DNA from: a virus
Taxonomy: Duplodnaviria > Caudoviricetes
Virus record (IMG/VR): IMGVR_UViG_3300044513_003802
Location: 1 to 34,301 of that record
Direction: 5' to 3' (one strand)
Length of the DNA: 34,301 nt
Shown here: positions 1-9,400 of the stretch, one piece after another
Layout of the letters: each line of letters begins with the position of its first letter
How positions within the stretch are numbered: the stretch's first letter is position 1
The notes under the pieces: generated by a model
Told to the model about the DNA's origin: nothing
The model's database searches: none
The model's input: the letters and a program-made list of their open reading frames with translations, nothing else
Program-made: the position numbers and the translations under genes

Positions 1-1
1 G

Positions 2-139
2 ATTTTATCGAAGCAGAGAGGATATGAAGCAAGACTTGATGCCGCAACTAATAGTAATATTCCGGGAACAACAAGTTATGGACTTAGTGGTGCTGGCACT
101 ATAAGAGAACTTGATAGAATTAATTCTGGAAATGCTTGA
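2..139 (+). CDS. 3' end of upstream gene (partial, function unknown)
   Basis: Open frame from base 2 (ILSKQRGYEARLDAAT...NSGNA) to TGA at 137-139. Confidence 0.6.
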   Translation: MLSKQRGYEARLDAATNSNIPGTTSYGLSGAGTIRELDRINSGNA

Positions 140-145
140 TAAATA
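139..145 (+). promoter_or_regulatory. T4-type late promoter (ATAAATA)
   Basis: gATAAATA 26 nt upstream of the gp26 ATG; matches the gp55-dependent NATAAATA consensus. Confidence 0.7.
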
Positions 146-171
146 ATTAAACCTGAAGTGTTTTGCGAATT

Positions 172-894
172 ATGCCTTTACCAAAGATTAATACCCCAAC
201 TTATGAGTTGGCGATTCCTTCTACTGGAAAAAAAGTTAAATATCGTCCTTTTCTTGTAAGAGAAGAAAAAATTCTTGTAATGGCATTAGAGTCTGAGGAT
301 ATGACTCAGATCACGAATGCTGTTGTTGATATCATTTCAAATTGCATCCAAACTAAAGGAATCAAGGTAAGTGATTTTTCAACTTTCGATATTGAATATA
401 TTTTCTTAAATATTAGATCCAAATCTGTTGGAGAAACAATTGAAGTAAATATTACTTGCCCAGATGATGGTGAGACACAGGTAAAAGTTGAAATCAATGT
501 TGATGATATTCAAATTCAAAAAGATCCAAAACACACAAACATAATTGATCTTGATGGAGATCTAAAGATGCGTCTTAAGTATCCAGCTCTAGAACAATTT
601 ATTGAAAGTAATTTTGAATATAATGATGAAAATATCAATGTTGATAAATCTTTGGATATGATTATTTCATGCATTGATGTTATTTACAATGAAGAAGAAA
701 CTTGGGCAGCATCAGATTCTTCCAAGAAAGAACTGAAAGATTTTGTGGAACAAATGAATACAAAACAGTTTAAAGATATTGAAAACTTTTTTGTAACCAT
801 GCCTAAGCTTTCGCATAGCATTAAAATTACAAATCCAAAAACAAAGGTTGAAAGTGATATTGTTCTTGAGGGATTGGCAAGTTTTTTCAGTTAA
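172..894 (+). CDS. g26: Baseplate hub subunit/assembly protein, T4 gp26-like
   Basis: MPLPKINTPTYEL...KVKYRPFLVREEKIL, FDIEYIFLNIRSKSVGE, CPDD, FFVTMPKLSH are typical of cyanomyophage gp26. ATG at 172 preferred over TTG at 163. Confidence 0.9.
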   Translation: MPLPKINTPTYELAIPSTGKKVKYRPFLVREEKILVMALESEDMTQITNAVVDIISNCIQTKGIKVSDFSTFDIEYIFLNIRSKSVGETIEVNITCPDDGETQVKVEINVDDIQIQKDPKHTNIIDLDGDLKMRLKYPALEQFIESNFEYNDENINVDKSLDMIISCIDVIYNEEETWAASDSSKKELKDFVEQMNTKQFKDIENFFVTMPKLSHSIKITNPKTKVESDIVLEGLASFFS

Positions 895-896
895 GT

Positions 897-1076
897 ATGG
901 CTCATACAAGTTTGGAGTCATACTATGAAACTAATTTTGCCCTAATGCAGCATCATAAATACTCTTTAACGGAATTGGAAAATATGATACCCTGGGAAAG
1001 GGAAGTTTATATTGGATTACTTATGAATTATCTTGAGGAGCAGCGTCTAAAACAGCAGCAAGAGAATGGCATTTAG
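897..1076 (+). CDS. g51: Baseplate hub assembly catalyst, gp51-like (59 aa; missing from ORF track)
   Basis: Manual translation MAHTSLESYYETNFALMQHHKYSLTELENMIPWEREVYIGLLMNYLEEQRLKQQQENGI; the LMQHHKYSLTE.ENM.PWER..Y motif is the cyanophage gp51 signature. Confidence 0.85.
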   Translation: MAHTSLESYYETNFALMQHHKYSLTELENMIPWEREVYIGLLMNYLEEQRLKQQQENGI

Positions 1077-3027
1077 TAGTCAGGCATTTACGGCACCATC
1101 AATATCAGGAAGACCAAAGTTGGGGAAGAAGAATGTTTCTTCCTCAGTAATAAGTGGTGCCAATAGACCTAAGCTAACTAAAACTAACGTTTCCTCTTCA
1201 GTATTTTCTCCAGCAAATCAACCTCCCGTACTTGTCAATCAGGCAATTAAAGGAAGTTATGAAGGTATTTTTAGGGGAAGCAATGTAGATCCAAAATATT
1301 TACCAAAAAAACCAGAAGGAATTGAAAAGACTTTAATAGAAACCAATAGTATTCTTGTAGAAATACAAAATCAATTAGCACTAGATTTTGCTTCTAGAAT
1401 TGCTGAAAGAGATAGAGAACTAAAGGCATTTAGAAAAGCATCCGAAGACGAGAAAAGAACAAGAAAAGAAACATCTTTAGAGGGATTAAAAACTTTTGGT
1501 GAAAAAGCAGGTGGTATTATATCTTCTGTTACTAAACCATTCAAAAGTATTTTCAGTAAAATATTTGAATTTTTTAGCATTCTTGCTACAGGATTTATTG
1601 GTAATGCTGCATTGAAATGGTTATCTGATGAAAAAAATAGACAAAACCTTCTAAACGTATTTAATTTCCTAACAGATAATTGGAAATTATTTGCAGGTTT
1701 ATTGATTGGAGGTATAGCATTAAAAGCTCTCTATAAAATCATCCGTTTGGCAAATGGAGTCAGAAGAATACTCCAGTTCTTAAGAATTTTACCGAAGGGG
1801 AGAGGTGGAGGCACCGGTGGAACTTCGGCGGGAGAATCTGTTAGAAGGGGTGGTTTAATTAGAAATTCTTCGGGGCAGAGGAGAGGATTTACGACATCGA
1901 GATTGATGCGTAATGGTATAGAACAAACAAGATCTGCTGCTGTTCCTGGGTCTGGTGGATTAAAGTTCACTGGAGTTAGTCAGTTTACAAGAACTAAAAA
2001 TCCTGCGGCACTAGCAGCACAAAGAGCACAAGTTTTAGTAGCAAAGGCAGGCAGTGATGTATTAAAGAAAATAGGAATGGGACCTGGTGCGAAAGGAATT
2101 TTGGGATTCTTAAGACCAATATTTAAAAGAATTCCAATATTTGGTGCATTAATTGACTTTGCAGTTTCTTTAGCATTAGGTGAACCAATCGGAAGAGCGG
2201 CAGCAAAGGCAGTTGGTTCTGCACTCGGTGGTGCATTGGGTTCATTAATTCCTATTCCTGGAGTAGGAACTCTTGCAGGTAGTATTCTTGGTGATTATGT
2301 TGGTGGAACTATTTACGATGCAATGACTGGTGGAAAAGATAAAGATAAAGATAAAGGTGATGATAAACCAAAATTTGAAGGTGGTGGTAAGATAAAAGGA
2401 AAATCTCACGCTGCTGGTGGTACAGATATAAATGCCGAAGATGGGGAATTTATTGTCAGAAAGGCACAGGTACCTAGATATGAACCCATCCTCTCTGATA
2501 TAAACTATAATGGCGGTGCAATGTGGGAAGAATTTGTCAAAGGTGTTAAGTTGCAAACATCTTTGGCAAAAGTTTCTTTTGAAACATCGGAAAAAATGGG
2601 CGAACATTTTGATGATTTCAAAGAGTTTCTAGATGCTGAAAAATTAAAGATGTCTTTGCAAGAACCAAAACCAAAAGGTGGAAGAGGTGGATCTGATGGT
2701 CTTAGACCTATACAGTCTAAGTCTGGTGCTCAAGAGTTTATTCATACTGGCGATTCAATGTCTATGGATAATAAAGATGCTAAAAAAACTATTACTCCAA
2801 TTCTAGTTAAAGTTCCAGATTTAACTAAACCTAAAAATAAAAAAGCAAAACCAAGTATGGTTCAACTGCCACCAGTTGTTATGAATTCTAATGGTCAAAT
2901 TCCATCACTACCAAGTGCTGAAGAATCCAAAACCATTCCAAAAATTGTTCCATATGATGCATCAAACGAATATTTGAATATTGCATCTCGTGCATACGAT
3001 ATTGTTGGTCTTAAGTTTGGAGGTTAA
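1066..3027 (+). CDS. Tape-measure/baseplate hub-like virion protein (gp29 position)
   Basis: 653 aa; coiled-coil, hydrophobic and Gly/Ala-rich helices (KRIPIFGALIDF, GGALGSLIPIPGVGT) and a FEGGG...AEDGEFIV motif; directly follows gp26/gp51. Confidence 0.6.
   Translation: MAFSSQAFTAPSISGRPKLGKKNVSSSVISGANRPKLTKTNVSSSVFSPANQPPVLVNQAIKGSYEGIFRGSNVDPKYLPKKPEGIEKTLIETNSILVEIQNQLALDFASRIAERDRELKAFRKASEDEKRTRKETSLEGLKTFGEKAGGIISSVTKPFKSIFSKIFEFFSILATGFIGNAALKWLSDEKNRQNLLNVFNFLTDNWKLFAGLLIGGIALKALYKIIRLANGVRRILQFLRILPKGRGGGTGGTSAGESVRRGGLIRNSSGQRRGFTTSRLMRNGIEQTRSAAVPGSGGLKFTGVSQFTRTKNPAALAAQRAQVLVAKAGSDVLKKIGMGPGAKGILGFLRPIFKRIPIFGALIDFAVSLALGEPIGRAAAKAVGSALGGALGSLIPIPGVGTLAGSILGDYVGGTIYDAMTGGKDKDKDKGDDKPKFEGGGKIKGKSHAAGGTDINAEDGEFIVRKAQVPRYEPILSDINYNGGAMWEEFVKGVKLQTSLAKVSFETSEKMGEHFDDFKEFLDAEKLKMSLQEPKPKGGRGGSDGLRPIQSKSGAQEFIHTGDSMSMDNKDAKKTITPILVKVPDLTKPKNKKAKPSMVQLPPVVMNSNGQIPSLPSAEESKTIPKIVPYDASNEYLNIASRAYDIVGLKFGG
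1111..1203 (+). repeat. Imperfect 39-nt intragenic duplication
   Basis: RPKLGKKNVSSSV (1111-1149) and RPKLTKTNVSSSV (1165-1203). Confidence 0.7.
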
Positions 3028-3031
3028 TTAA

Positions 3032-4579
3032 ATGGAACAAATTAATCTACAAACAGAACAACTCAAACTCAATGTTACTAATATCAAGAGTTTTTTAATA
3101 GATTCAAATAAAAAATTAAAGAAACAAAAAATTACTAAAGAAACATTAATTAGAGGAAGTGTAGAAAAGAAAAAATTTAGATCTGAAGAAAATAGATTAG
3201 AATCCCGATTAAACTTGGGAGGAATAACTAGGATTGGAGCAACAATTGCAGGAAAAACATTAAGTTTATTTGATAAACTTAAAGAATTTTTGGGTATATT
3301 ACTTGTCGGATTTATCATTAATAGATTGCCAAAAATTATCGCAGGAATTAAAAAGTTTTTTGATGATAATCCCTGGATAGGAAAATCTGTAAAGTTTGTT
3401 ATTGATATTATTGGAAAAGGTTTCAATGGTATAGTTTCTCTTGTTAATTTTTTCTCTCCAGAAAAAAGAGATCAAGTAAAAAAAGATATTGAAGATCTAG
3501 ATAAAGGATTTAAAAAATTAAATTCAGAATTGGATTCTGATATTTCTAGTTTGTCTTCCATAAGTGTTTCAGAAGAAAACGACAATCGCACTGATGATTC
3601 GAGCACGATATTAGATAGTCCGACTATTAACCCTACAGATACGAAAGGAAGTCCTAGTTTTGCACCACCAGAAAAACCAAGATTGAAAAAATATTCTCAA
3701 GGTGGAAAAGTTTCGTCTTCTAGTGCATCCAGATCATCTGTAGCAAGTAAAAAATCTTTTCAAACCACTGGTTATTTTTCTACCTTTAGAAGTAACTATG
3801 TTGGTCTTTCTTTAGTCCAAGAACAAAATGAAAAGAATAGAGAAAGTTTTGAAAAAATAGTAGAACAAATGAAGGAAATGGGTTTTTCATCTTTATCCGG
3901 AGGAGAGGGAAAACCAATGCATAGAGAACCAGGTTCTAGAGGAGCTCCTGGTTCTCCTGGTCTTTTTACTTCCCCATCTCAAATATTTGAGGGATTGCCA
4001 GATAGTGCTATTGTTGGAAGAGTTGGATATACTGGAAATACACAACCAAAGGGACCAGATGGTGCTCACGTTCATATAGAAACTGGCAGTGGTAGGAAAG
4101 ATTCTAGAGGTCCAGTACCAAGTCACATTTTCGATAAAGTTCTAGTTGGTGGTAGACCATTATCGCAATGGAATATGAATTCGGGATATGGAATGCGTTG
4201 GGGAAAACTTCATACTGGACATGATTTTGCAATGTCTGCAGGAAATCCAATTCAATTGCACAAAGATCTAAAACTTATTGAATATGCTCCAGGAGACAAT
4301 GCTGGATATGGAAATTTAATCATGTTCCAAGATAAAAGTGGAAATACATATATTATAACTCACTTACAATCTGGTCCCGAGAGAGCACCCAAAAAAGATA
4401 AACCTACTCCTTCGGGACAAGGTCCCGGAGGAAAAGGTTATGGAAAAGGTGGAGCAATTCAACCATTGAAAACACCGCAAAAAATCAGTGAGGATAATGA
4501 TGGGGATGAGATTTCATCAGTATTTGTTCAACCAATAATCATTAAACAAAATACACCAGTCTTAGTACCTTTCGGATAA
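3032..4579 (+). CDS. Tail/hub-associated protein with C-terminal M23-family peptidase domain
   Basis: N-terminal coiled-coil/hydrophobic part resembles the previous ORF; C-terminal M23 motifs VGYTG..GAHVHIE, SGYGMR..HTGHDFA and GYGN...THL. Confidence 0.7.
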   Translation: MEQINLQTEQLKLNVTNIKSFLIDSNKKLKKQKITKETLIRGSVEKKKFRSEENRLESRLNLGGITRIGATIAGKTLSLFDKLKEFLGILLVGFIINRLPKIIAGIKKFFDDNPWIGKSVKFVIDIIGKGFNGIVSLVNFFSPEKRDQVKKDIEDLDKGFKKLNSELDSDISSLSSISVSEENDNRTDDSSTILDSPTINPTDTKGSPSFAPPEKPRLKKYSQGGKVSSSSASRSSVASKKSFQTTGYFSTFRSNYVGLSLVQEQNEKNRESFEKIVEQMKEMGFSSLSGGEGKPMHREPGSRGAPGSPGLFTSPSQIFEGLPDSAIVGRVGYTGNTQPKGPDGAHVHIETGSGRKDSRGPVPSHIFDKVLVGGRPLSQWNMNSGYGMRWGKLHTGHDFAMSAGNPIQLHKDLKLIEYAPGDNAGYGNLIMFQDKSGNTYIITHLQSGPERAPKKDKPTPSGQGPGGKGYGKGGAIQPLKTPQKISEDNDGDEISSVFVQPIIIKQNTPVLVPFG

Positions 4580-4585
4580 AATAAA

Positions 4586-5857
4586 ATGTCAGTAGCAACT
4601 CAAGTTTCAACTAGAACTATAAAGATTGATAATGGTAATAAGACTGTAGATCTTACCGGAGGTGTTGTACACTTCAGATATTTTGAAAGTTTACTATCTC
4701 CTTTTGTAAGTGCTGCTTTTGAATATGTTGATACTGGTAATACTGTAAAGGCAGATTCCAAAGATGATGTTCAGGGAAGAATGGGAACATTGAGGAGTGC
4801 TTTACCATTGAGAGGAAATGAAAGCGTTTCTTTTAGATTCGATTCTTTTTTAGGTGTTCTAGATTTTACTAAGACATCTTTATCTGTTGATGGTGCAGTT
4901 TCTTTGGGGCAAGAGTCTAATAGAGAATCTTCTTCTGTTAGATTGCTGTCTAAAACATATGGAATTAATCAAAATACGAGAGTTGTGGAAAAATACTATG
5001 GAAATATTTCAGAATCCGCAGAAAAAATTATTAAGTCTAAGTTAGGAATTGGTTCAAATAAACTTGATATTGATCCAACAAAAATACCTTGGAATTTTAC
5101 AGGATCGAATCAAAAACCTTTCGATTTGCTACTAGAAATGGCATCAGTTTCAACACCCCCAAAAGGAGATCCTGGTTATTTTTTCTATGAGACTAAAAGT
5201 GGTGTTCATTTTAAATCAATTGATAATTTGGTTGCACAAAAACCAAAAGTAACTTATACATATGATGGTATTTTTAAATCAGATCTTAAAGATGGATCAA
5301 ACAAATATAGTATCTTAGAGCAACCAAATAAAAAAGATCAATCAATATCTTCATCATTAAGAGCGGGAATGTATTCCGCAAAATTTAGATTTATGTATGA
5401 AGATTTGCAGGAGTGTAGGGAGAAGGTTTATCGATTAGATGATATAAAATCCAGCACTCTAGGTAAGAAGGTTGAATTTGATCCAAGTTTAAAAACAAGT
5501 CCAAGTAGAACTTATACTTTACTTGTTCCTACGGGAATGATGGACACTAAAATTGGAAACCAGGTAAATAATGACCCATCTGATTATCTTGCTAGGTCTA
5601 TAATGAGATATAATCTTCTTTTTGTTCAGGCAATGAACATTGTTGTTCCTTGCAATCCAAATTTAGAGGCAGGTGATGTGATAAAATGTGAATTTGAAAA
5701 AATTACTTCTGGAGATAAGAAGGTAGGGACAGTTGATATGAATGAATCTGGAAACTATTTAATTTTAAATTTATGTCATTATTATTCTACAACTAACTCG
5801 TATACTTACTTAACTTTAGTTCGAGATACATATGGTTTAAAGGGAGCAGTTGCGTAA
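4586..5857 (+). CDS. Baseplate hub protein (gp27/GpD-like)
   Basis: YFESLLSP, YFFYET..G.HFKSIDNL and C-terminal VPCNPNLEAGDVI...SGNYLILNLCH; sits immediately before gp5. Confidence 0.65.
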   Translation: MSVATQVSTRTIKIDNGNKTVDLTGGVVHFRYFESLLSPFVSAAFEYVDTGNTVKADSKDDVQGRMGTLRSALPLRGNESVSFRFDSFLGVLDFTKTSLSVDGAVSLGQESNRESSSVRLLSKTYGINQNTRVVEKYYGNISESAEKIIKSKLGIGSNKLDIDPTKIPWNFTGSNQKPFDLLLEMASVSTPPKGDPGYFFYETKSGVHFKSIDNLVAQKPKVTYTYDGIFKSDLKDGSNKYSILEQPNKKDQSISSSLRAGMYSAKFRFMYEDLQECREKVYRLDDIKSSTLGKKVEFDPSLKTSPSRTYTLLVPTGMMDTKIGNQVNNDPSDYLARSIMRYNLLFVQAMNIVVPCNPNLEAGDVIKCEFEKITSGDKKVGTVDMNESGNYLILNLCHYYSTTNSYTYLTLVRDTYGLKGAVA

Positions 5858-6384
5858 TGGGAAAAATTATTTCTTCCGGTTCTGGTACCACATTTCCAAG
5901 ATGGATCGGTCAAGTAGCAGTTAATCAAACAGAAAATCAAACATCTAAGGATGGTGTTGGTATAAGAGTTAGGGTTAGAATACTATATTCTTCACTACCT
6001 GATGCCCTTGGAACTCATTCGCAAGATTCAGCAATTAAGGATAGTGATTTGCCACTTGCAATGATTCAAATGCCAACAACCTCAGGATACGGAAATAGAT
6101 TAGATACAGGATTGATCGGGGGCGAGACTGTAACTGGTTATTTTGTTGATGGTGACATTAGAGTTCCAGTCATTGATGGTGTTTTAGTTAGAACTGAATC
6201 TTTAAATCAATTAACGGCACAAGAGGCAAAAAGATTAGGATCTTCTTTTGGAAAAAGAATAAATCCATTCTCTCAAGATAAAAAATTCTCCTCACCAACT
6301 AACAGACTTGGTGGTCCACCTTCCGATGGAATAACTAGACCATCAAAAAGAGAATCTGGTTTAAAGTCATTCTTCACTAGATAA
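5857..6384 (+). CDS. g5: gp5 N-terminal OB-fold domain as a stand-alone ORF
   Basis: WIGQV...RVRVRI...H...D.DLP.A...MPTT...GETVTGYF.DGD...PVI.G is the Gp5 OB pattern. Confidence 0.75.
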   Translation: MGKIISSGSGTTFPRWIGQVAVNQTENQTSKDGVGIRVRVRILYSSLPDALGTHSQDSAIKDSDLPLAMIQMPTTSGYGNRLDTGLIGGETVTGYFVDGDIRVPVIDGVLVRTESLNQLTAQEAKRLGSSFGKRINPFSQDKKFSSPTNRLGGPPSDGITRPSKRESGLKSFFTR

Positions 6385-6387
6385 ATA
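6381..6387 (+). promoter_or_regulatory. Late promoter ATAAATA
   Basis: Overlaps the TAA stop at 6382-6384; 19 nt before the ATG at 6407. Confidence 0.65.
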
Positions 6388-6406
6388 AAAAGAAAACAGT
6401 GTTTTA

Positions 6407-9400
6407 ATGTCAAATAATTGGATTGGTAAACCTGCAAGTGATATATCCAATAGAATAACCCAGATTGGTGCTCAACTTGAGAGAGCTAGATCTGGAGAAA
6501 TTACGCTGTCCGAAGACATACAAGATTCTTTATCGGAAGAATTAGTAGAATTAGCAGAAGCTGCTAGAAAGGCTACTGATTGCACCAGCAGAAATGCAGA
6601 TGTTGGTTGGATGAGAGAAAATATTGAAACATGCAAAACTTATTTAAATAGCGAATCTTATGCATATTGGAAATCTGCTGTAGAAACTGATTTTTCGGGT
6701 CCAAATCCATGTGGAACCACAACTATCGCAACTATTAGTAAATCATTACAAAAATTATTTAAATTTTTAAAATCCGTAAAAAAATATTATAATAACTTTG
6801 TTCAACCTGCACTGAATACTATTACAGGATTGCAAGAAACACTTCAGAATGCCACAGAACTTATTGCGGGAGTAATGAAAATTCTAATTCAGAGAGTTAG
6901 AAACTTCATTATTCAAAAAGTTAAAAATTTATTAACCGATGCATTAACACAATTACTACCTCAAATTGGTAAAACCATTCAAAATGCTATTGTAAAGCAA
7001 ATCATTGATACTATTTTCTGTAAGTTTGGCGAAATTATAGATGGTTTAGTAAATCTAGTATCATCCTTCTTGACAGAATTGATTGGTGGCATGATAAATG
7101 CACCATTCTGTGCTGCCAGACAATTTACAAACTCACTTCTCAATAATGTTGCCAATAGATTAGATAGAGCATTAAAACCAATATTTGATCAAATCAATTC
7201 CATTGTAAAAGGAGTTGGTTCTATTGCTGGATCTGTTTTCCAAGCAATAGATTTTATCCTCGGATTTGAAAATTTCCTTTGTTCTTCTGGTCCAGAATGC
7301 CCAGAAACAAAATCTTTTGCTGCTGCAATATGGGGTGGTCCACAGGAAGAAGCTGCAGATAAATTTAAGAATTTTCTAGATGGATTAAATTTATCATCTG
7401 GAGAAACTTCAGATCTTCTTAATCAATTTGATCGTTGGGTTGGAGATTTTCCAATATTTAAAGGTGATGGCGCTGCCATCAGTCCATTTGTTAGTACCCT
7501 CGGAGACCAATTAGATTCTCAGTGCAGTAATGGTGTATATAGATGTGGACCACCAAAAGTTGAGATATTTGGTGGCGGTGGAGTAGGAGCAGCTGGAAAG
7601 GCAATCGTAAATCAGTTAGGACAAGTTGTTGGTGTTAATTTAACATATCCTGGAACTGGATATGAATCTCCACCTTTTGTTACATTTATGGATAATTGTG
7701 GTATTGGAGCAAATGCTTCTGGATATGCCATCTTAGATGAAGATGATAACGATTTGGATAGTATTAATTATGATCTAGTAACTCTGAATGAAATAGGTGA
7801 AGAAGATATTAATGGATTTTATGGTGGGAATGATACCAATATTGATAGTGGCACGAGAGGTGATTGTGTATACAGTGGAAAGGTTTACCACGAATTTGAC
7901 AATTTTTCAAATAAACATCTAGTATCGGAAATATCATCAGAAATTAATGTAGATTTTAAGGGGAAGGATTGTCCCGATCAAGTTGATGTAACTTTTGCAA
8001 AAGATCAAAAACACTATGCGATAAAATTTGCAGTCCCATATGAGAGTGATGATTACAAAATTGATTTTACTAAAGTTTCAAATTTATCAGCAAATGTTAA
8101 AAAGAATGCAAATGGTGATATTATTCTAGGAGATTCAACGGAAGAAGCAGTATTCAATCTTGTTAGAAATTCAAATAATACAAACTATATTTACTTTGAT
8201 GCGCCAGGTTTGCCCAGAATTACACTTGGACCAGATTCGGGAGAATACAAAGTTGAGATGTATAAAAATGTCAGTTATACTGTCACATCATCTTCTTTAA
8301 CAAAAATTGTTAAAGATCAAAAACCAAAAGTAAGAAAAAAGGTTAGATTTAGAGTAACTAGAGATGCTTCCATTAATAATAGAATAACCTTTACTGGTGG
8401 TGGAGAATCATTCACAATCAAAGACGTTCCAAAGAGTGGAACCACTGTATATGAATTTGATATGCTAACCAATACTCAATATAAAATTACTACCAGTGCT
8501 CATAGTATCAAGAAGTTTAGTAATAGAAAATTTGGAATTGAAGATTGGACTGATAAAGACTATGATGATTTGCTTGTAACTTGTTCCACAGGAAAAATTA
8601 ATTCTAATTTAACTTGGTCTCTTGAATATACGAAGAAAACTGATACTGGTAAGACCAGAGAAGGTGCTGCGGATGTAGCAGTATTATCAACTTCCAAACT
8701 TGTAACTGAGGATATTAGGGGTCTTCAAAGTAATAGAGATTTTAATGATCTTGTGGTTACTACTAAGTCTGGAATCTTTACAGAAGAAGGTGAGGCTAGA
8801 TTCAGAATTCAATCTGATAATAGTGGAATAGAGAGAACATATCAAGTTGCAGGAATAAGAAACAAAACTAGATATGGATTTGATGTTTGGTTTGGTGTTC
8901 AAAGGAGAGATAGACCAGTTGGAACAATATATTCCACATATGTTAGAGAATTTGAATTTAAAACTTATGGTGTAAGAGAAGGTTGTTCTAGAGGTAAAAA
9001 AATTAAGAAGATCATTATGGTAAATTCTGGAAATGATTATCTTCCAGGACCAAATGGTAGGGATGAATTTGGAAACATTTTAGATGGTTTAGATGATTCA
9101 AATTTAATTGCTACAAATACTGAAGAATATGTTGGATGTTTAACCGAGATTGAAGTTATTTCTACTGGTATTGGATATTCTCCTGATGATGAAATTAGTA
9201 TAGAACCAGATTTGCCTGGACTTGATGTGAGAGTTCAAATGACAGAAATGGGACAAATTGTTGCGATGATAATCGTTAATGGATATTGTGGATTAACTGA
9301 AGTTCCGACAATAACTATAAATAGCAGAAACGGATCTGGTGCAGAATTCCGTCCAATAATCGATTACATCGCAACTAATCGATTTACCGGAGATCTGCAA

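Noticed and set aside
2338-2367. GATAAA tandem repeat (DKDKDKGDDK)
   Set aside because: In-frame low-complexity linker; the 6-nt unit cannot cause frameshift phase variation.
4576-4583. Late promoter before the hub gene
   Set aside because: Sequence is ATAAAATA, not ATAAATA, and lies too close to the ATG.
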